DNA of 64,000 nt from positions 45,877 to 109,876 of the forward strand of contig CAWEDJ010000071.1 of NCBI GenBank assembly GCA_963807635.1, in the 5' to 3' direction. Below, in pieces: positions 58,673 to 64,000 of this stretch (the stretch's first letter is position 1; every line of letters begins with the position of its first letter). Under the pieces are notes generated by a model, which was given only the letters and a program-made list of their open reading frames with translations, had not been told where the DNA came from and did not search any database. The translations under genes were made by a program, and so were the position numbers. The stretch comes from an uncultured cyanobacterium. Lineage in GTDB: Bacteria; Cyanobacteriota; Cyanobacteriia; Cyanobacteriales; Microcystaceae.

Positions 58673-60312
58673 ATGTTTTCAGTCCACAAAAAAACAGTTT
58701 CTTTTCTCACTCGCGATTGTGTCCGACTTGATGCCGATTTGTACTATCCCGATAGCCTCGGAGAATTTCCCGTTTTATTAATGCGTCAACCCTACGGACG
58801 AAAAATTGCTTCCACCGTAGTTTATGCCCATCCGTCTTGGTATGCTTCCCAGGGCTATTTAGTAGTTATTCAAGATGTTAGGGGAAGAGGCACGTCGCAA
58901 GGAGAATTTAAACTCTTTGAAAACGAAATTGAAGATGGATTAGAAACCATTAATTGGGCCGCCCAATTGCCCCAAAGTAACGGAAAAGTCGGGATGTATG
59001 GCTTCTCCTATCAGGGAATGACCCAACTCTATGCCGCCGTGCATAAACCTCCTGCCTTAAAAACCATTTGTCCTGCCATGATCGCCTACAACTTGTACCA
59101 AGATTGGGCCTACGAAAATGGTGCATTTTGTTTACAAATGAATCTCGGATGGGCTATTCAATTAGCCGCCGAAACTGCCAAATTAAAAGGAGATCCAGAC
59201 ACTTTTCAAAAACTTTATGCAGCGTCCCGTAATTTACCGTTACTCGATAAAATTCCAGTCAATCCTTCTATTCTTCAGGAATTAGCAGCCGATTCTTTTT
59301 ATCATGATTGGTTAAATTACCCTGAAAATGATCCCTATTGGCAAAATTTATCCCCTGAATTTTTATTAGAAAAAGTAGATTTACCCATGTTGCATATTGG
59401 CGGTTGGTTTGACCCCCATTTACGGGGAAATTTCAAGCTTTATCAAAATATGAAAAATAAAAGCCAGTTTCCTCAGCATTTAATTATTGGCCCCTGGGGA
59501 CATTTACCCTGGGGACGAAAAACACGAGAAATTGATTATGGGAAATCAGCTAGTAGTTTTATTGACGCATATCAAATTGCTTGGTTTGATTATTTTTTAA
59601 AAGGGAAAGACGCTCAATTATTAGAAAAATTACCGATACAATTATTTGAAATGGGAAGCAATCAGTGGCGTAATCTTGAAACCTTCAATTCTCATCAACC
59701 ACAAATTTTTTATCTCAAGAGTAATGGGTTAGCGAATATTCAGGAAAATGCTGGTCAATTAGTAACCAATTTATTATTAAATAATTCTGAAAATGCTGAA
59801 ATAATAGATACAATTGTCCACAATCCCTGGCGACCCGTTCCTTCTTTAGGAGGTCATGCCGGATTTCCATCAGGCTCTTTTGAACGTTCTGGTATAGATA
59901 CTCGCTTTGATGTTTTAACCTATACATCCCAACCTTTAACCGAAGATTTATTTTTACAGGGAGAAATTCAAGTTGAAATCAATGTGCAAGGCGATACTCC
60001 TAGTTTTGACCTCTGCGCTGTTGTTTCGGAAGTTCATTCGGATGGTTCTGTGTATAATTTTTCCAGGGTTATCGGCGCGTTAATGCTTCTGAAACTAAAG
60101 AAACGATTACTTTTTCTTTACAACCTATTTGCATGAAATTAGCTCAAGGAAATGCCATTCGATTAAGTCTAAGTGGAGCAAATTTTCCTGCCTATGGGAT
60201 GAATTCTGGAACGAACCAATTGCCCCATGAAACCAAGTTAATAGATTATCAAGTGATTACCCTTAGTGTTTATTCAGGTGGAATAACATTATCAAAAATT
60301 ATTTTTCATTAA
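58673..60312 (+). CDS. CocE/NonD-family alpha/beta hydrolase; frameshift near 60062
   Basis: RQPYG, QDVRGRG.S.G, GFSYQG nucleophile, GGWFD and IGPW.H. Confidence 0.92.
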
Positions 60313-60482
60313 TCTAAAAAACTTCTGACTAATCTGGGTAAAGTAATCATAAAAACAGATGTTTCTATTTTTTACAACTTGGGAATTCGGGGCGATCGCA
60401 TGACCCAGGTTTTGGAAAAGCCAGAACTAAGGCTATCAACAAGGCCCAAATAACGGTATCTATCGAGCGATCGCCTTCCCGA

Positions 60483-61724
60483 TTAAGTCGTATATTCAGC
60501 ATTAATGCGGACATAATCATAGCTCAGGTCACATCCCCAAGCTAGACCCGTTCCAGAGCCGTTCCCGACACAAACTGCAATTAAAACGGTGTCATCCTGT
60601 AAATAAGCCCCTTCAGAAGCTTGCTTGAGGTAATTACTCGCGGCGGCACGGTCAAAGGCAATGGGTTGACCATTTTCCATCATCAGAAAATCCCCTAACT
60701 TAATCTGGAGATCTTCTTGATTGAAAATTACTCCCGCCCGTCCAGCGGCCCCTGCAATTCTTCCCCAGTTGGGATCACGACCGAAAATAGCGGATTTCAC
60801 TAGGGAAGATCCCGCGATCGTTCGGGCAATTTTTCGTGCCGATTCGTCATCCACTGCACCAGTGACCTGCACTTCCACTAAACAAGTCGCTCCTTCTCCA
60901 TCACGGGCGATCGCCTTAGCTAAATGTTCACAAACGGCGGTTAACATGGCTTCCAATTTTTGAGCATTCGGCCCCATTTCGGTGATGGCAGGGGTGCGGG
61001 ATTGACCATTCGCCAACGCAATCAAACTATCATTCGTACTAGTGTCACCATCGACGGTAATTTGATTAAAGGTTTTATCCGCCGCCCGACTCAACATTTC
61101 TTGCCAGAGGGAAGTCGAAACCGCCGCATCACAGGTGACAAAAGCCAACATCGTCGCCATATTGGGGTGGATCATGCCCGATCCCTTGGAAATTCCCCCA
61201 ATCCGAACGGGACGACCCTCAATCATCGTTTCTAAAGCAATGGATTTGGTGACTAAATCGGTAGTAACAATGGATTTCGCCGCCGCATCCCCACCTGTTT
61301 CCGATAAAGCTGCAACCAACGGCGCGATACCCGCTTTTAAAATATCCATTTTGATCCGTTGACCAATTACGCCAGTAGAAGCCAATAGAATGGAATCTGC
61401 TGACAAATTCAAAGCTTGGGCGAGGGCATCGGCGCAATCGAGGGCATCTTGTAAACCCTGTTTTCCTGTTCCTGCGTTTGCCTGACCTGCATTAACCAAA
61501 ATTGCTCTGGCGTTACCTTTCGCTTGTAATTTTTGTCGGCAATAATCCACACAAGCCGCCCGCACCTGACTGGTCGTAAACACCCCCGCCGCGATCGCTT
61601 CTGTTTCGGAGTAAATCAGGGCTAAGTCTGGGGAACCAGAGGGCTTTAGTCCTGCGGTGATACCCGATGCTTTAAAACCTTTCGGAGCGGTAATGTTGCC
61701 ACTAATAACTTGCCAGTCTGTCAT
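60483..61724 (-). CDS. argJ: Bifunctional glutamate N-acetyltransferase / ornithine acetyltransferase
   Basis: KGSGMIHPNMATML, DGDTSTND, DGEGAT, DPNWGR and GCDLSYDYV.INAEY. Confidence 0.97.
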   Translation of the reverse strand: MTDWQVISGNITAPKGFKASGITAGLKPSGSPDLALIYSETEAIAAGVFTTSQVRAACVDYCRQKLQAKGNARAILVNAGQANAGTGKQGLQDALDCADALAQALNLSADSILLASTGVIGQRIKMDILKAGIAPLVAALSETGGDAAAKSIVTTDLVTKSIALETMIEGRPVRIGGISKGSGMIHPNMATMLAFVTCDAAVSTSLWQEMLSRAADKTFNQITVDGDTSTNDSLIALANGQSRTPAITEMGPNAQKLEAMLTAVCEHLAKAIARDGEGATCLVEVQVTGAVDDESARKIARTIAGSSLVKSAIFGRDPNWGRIAGAAGRAGVIFNQEDLQIKLGDFLMMENGQPIAFDRAAASNYLKQASEGAYLQDDTVLIAVCVGNGSGTGLAWGCDLSYDYVRINAEYTT

Positions 61725-61994
61725 GGGGGATAGATCCTGCTTGTAGATTCAAGGGCTAATTATAACCCCAAGTGATGGTGGTCAAGGTTCCTAAACTGCT
61801 AACGGTTAAGGTTTCTTAACTTGTTTAGTCGTTTTTCTGTTACTTTCCTATTCTTTAGTTGGAATCTTTTCTGTTGTTGGCGATCGCGGTTCAGAGTTTG
61901 TCGTGATCGTTGACAATACAATATTAATCTTCAATTGACGAGTTGATGATTTTTATTGCTACAATGGGATTATTGATCAGTAAAAAGAGGATTT

Positions 61995-62312
61995 ATGACG
62001 GATTCTGAACAATTGGCAGAAATTAAAGCTTTGATTAATCATCTCACGGAAGATGTCGAGTCTTTAAAGCAGGAGACGGCCAAAACGAATGAGCGGGTGG
62101 AAGCTTATCAAAAAGACTCTCAACAGTCAGAAATCAAGGCTTTGATTAATCATCTCACGGAAGATGTTGAATCTTTAAAGCAGGAAACGGCTAGAACGAA
62201 TGATCGGGTAGAAACTTACCAAAAATCCTCTCAACAAGTGGTTAACTTGGCATTTAGTTTGATTTTGGCGGCAACGGCAGCAATCGTTATTCCGACGGTT
62301 TTGGGTCGTTGA
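61995..62312 (+). CDS. Small coiled-coil protein with an internal 37-aa duplication and C-terminal TM
   Basis: RBS AGAGGA; EIKALINHLTEDVESLKQET... occurs twice (111-bp period, 62019-62237). Confidence 0.75.
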   Translation: MTDSEQLAEIKALINHLTEDVESLKQETAKTNERVEAYQKDSQQSEIKALINHLTEDVESLKQETARTNDRVETYQKSSQQVVNLAFSLILAATAAIVIPTVLGR

Positions 62313-62352
62313 TGCTAAATATTATTTAAAAAAACTCTAATTTTTTATGTTA

Positions 62353-64000
62353 GGGCTTGCTGAAAAAGTCAAAAAACAGGAAGAGGGGATTAATTTATGA
62401 ATTTAAGGCGAGTAAAACATAAGGGTTAAATGAATTGTCAACACAAAGCATAAGCTGGGCTAATAAGAGGGCAGAAAAATAAGCTCTTCTTCCGAAAAAG
62501 ACAAAAAAAACGTAAAACCTGCCGAAGCAGGGCAAAAAGATTGATGACTAAAAAGGTGATAGCAATAGCGGTTTCAGAGGTATCAGGAAGTTTTGTCATA
62601 ACTCGATTGAGGCTAAATCGTCTCTTTGCTTGACCAAATTTGCCTTCAATAGCATTACGGTCTCTTTCATCTTGAAGAGCTTCTTTCTTTTTTTCTGGAC
62701 TAATATTTGTGGGTCGTCTTCCCAAGGGTGGGCCACTCAATCGAATTCCCTTCTCCTTACAAAAAGCGCGATTTTCCCTTGTGCGATAGATTGCATCAGC
62801 ATGAACAGACTGGGGATAGTAGCCTGTCTCACGTTTAAACTCTTCTATTTGTCCTTTGAAGTCGCCTGATTCATTATAATTATCCCAACTTAATCGGTAT
62901 AAATAAAGATATCCATTCACATAACTTGCTGATAGTTTTGCACCAAACTCTACTGGCGTTCCCGCTTTTCCTCTAACAATGGGACGAACATGAGGTTGAG
63001 TCAAACTCACAATTCTATTTTCTACCTTATTTTCTTTATTTTCATACATTCCTACTTGTTGCTCATAGGCTTTTTGTATTATCGACAGTATCTTTTCGTC
63101 TTTTTTACTTAATTTTGCGACCTCTTTATCTTCTCTTAATTTTTCTATATGGGAAAGGTTTCTTTTGATATATTGGATTTGTTTTTTTATGCCCTTTCTC
63201 CTTTCTTTTCTCGACGGACGGCGTTTTTTTGACAATTTTAAGTAATCTTTTCTGGCTCTTATTCTATAGGTTCTTGGTTTTTTTCCTTTTTTTTTAGTTT
63301 TTTTATACAAGTTGTCTATTATTTTTTCGGTTTTTTCTCTTGCCTCATTCAAGATTCCTATATCTGTTGGATATTTGATGTCTGCTGGTGCACAGGTTGC
63401 ATCTATTAATAGCTTTCCTCTATTCTGATTTTCCCCTTCACTTTTTTCTTTTACTTCTGATAATATTTCTTCTTCTTTTTTTACCATTGCTTTATTTATT
63501 TGATTCACCAAGTCCATTCCTATTCTTTGACGGAAATGTACTAACAGTGACGCATCAAATGCCTCCTCATTTTCATATACTTCTAGTCCTATAAAATATT
63601 GTAAGTAAGGGTTTTCTTTTATTTGTTCTACTGTTTCTCGGTCACTTATTCTCAATATTTCTTTTATTATTAATGACCCTAATGCCATCCTAAATGGTTT
63701 GGCTGTCGCTCCTTTATTTTCTGAAAATTGTTTTGCATATTCTTCTTCAAATTCCTCCCACGGAATTATTTTTGACATGATTACCCAACGATTTTCTTCT
63801 TTTGGCTTCCACTCACTTGGTATTTTGAAGTTTTCAACAGTCGATTTTTCGGATTCTTTTTTGGGGTACATCGTTCAATGCTCTGGAAGGGGAGGGGTGC
63901 AAGCCTTTTCACTCATTTTAGACCTTTTTTTTGCACTTTTTTTGCTCTCTAAATCCCCTCATCTCTTTTCTTATAAGGCTTTCAGCTTTTTTCAGCAAGC
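62353..64000 (-). mobile_element. IS5-family insertion sequence; the right TIR reaches the window edge
   Basis: Left TIR GGGCTTGCTGAAAAAG after TA; complementary TTTTTTCAGCAAGC at 63987-64000; encloses a transposase. Confidence 0.92.
62438..63871 (-). CDS. IS5-family DDE transposase (intact)
   Basis: SDRETVEQI.ENPYLQYFIG, IDATC.PADI.YPTD, RGKAG..VEFGAK, ADAIY and RNAIEGKFG..KR. Confidence 0.93.
   Translation of the reverse strand: MYPKKESEKSTVENFKIPSEWKPKEENRWVIMSKIIPWEEFEEEYAKQFSENKGATAKPFRMALGSLIIKEILRISDRETVEQIKENPYLQYFIGLEVYENEEAFDASLLVHFRQRIGMDLVNQINKAMVKKEEEILSEVKEKSEGENQNRGKLLIDATCAPADIKYPTDIGILNEAREKTEKIIDNLYKKTKKKGKKPRTYRIRARKDYLKLSKKRRPSRKERRKGIKKQIQYIKRNLSHIEKLREDKEVAKLSKKDEKILSIIQKAYEQQVGMYENKENKVENRIVSLTQPHVRPIVRGKAGTPVEFGAKLSASYVNGYLYLYRLSWDNYNESGDFKGQIEEFKRETGYYPQSVHADAIYRTRENRAFCKEKGIRLSGPPLGRRPTNISPEKKKEALQDERDRNAIEGKFGQAKRRFSLNRVMTKLPDTSETAIAITFLVINLFALLRQVLRFFCLFRKKSLFFCPLISPAYALC

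Overview
This is a 64-kb chromosomal window from a cyanobacterium. Dense HIP1 GCGATCGC octamers, petF, gap2 and cyanoexosortase A support this; a unicellular Synechocystis/Chroococcales-like host is an inference. The left ~15 kb is a minus-strand surface-polysaccharide locus: wzt, an epimerase, two tandem glycosyltransferase paralogues, wzm, a degenerate Wzc and a GT4, next to a cyanoexosortase A module. The rest is mostly housekeeping: rlmB, Mini-III, gap2, murC, murB, argH, rpsD, grpE-dnaK-dnaJ, rsgA, minCDE, lpxB, petF, nadC, aat and argJ. An IS5-family element ends the window. About 20 genes are split by single indels or stops, including essential genes. These breaks cluster at GGCC, GCGATCGC and CCWGG motifs and are best read as long-read sequencing errors, not pseudogenes. 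The best candidate for an undescribed system is an AT-rich three-gene cassette at 28827-30287. It encodes a DUF3467-like protein, a 'WDSYGA'-motif protein and a small ADP-ribosyltransferase-like protein, with its own sigma70 promoter overlapped by a 32-bp palindrome, and may be a toxin-antitoxin(-chaperone) or anti-phage module. Other notable items are a divergent gene pair sharing one CATG, tandem CRP sites far upstream of the EPS operon, REP-cored miniature elements and a MITE derived from the resident IS. All protein family calls come from motif recognition by eye; no database search was run.
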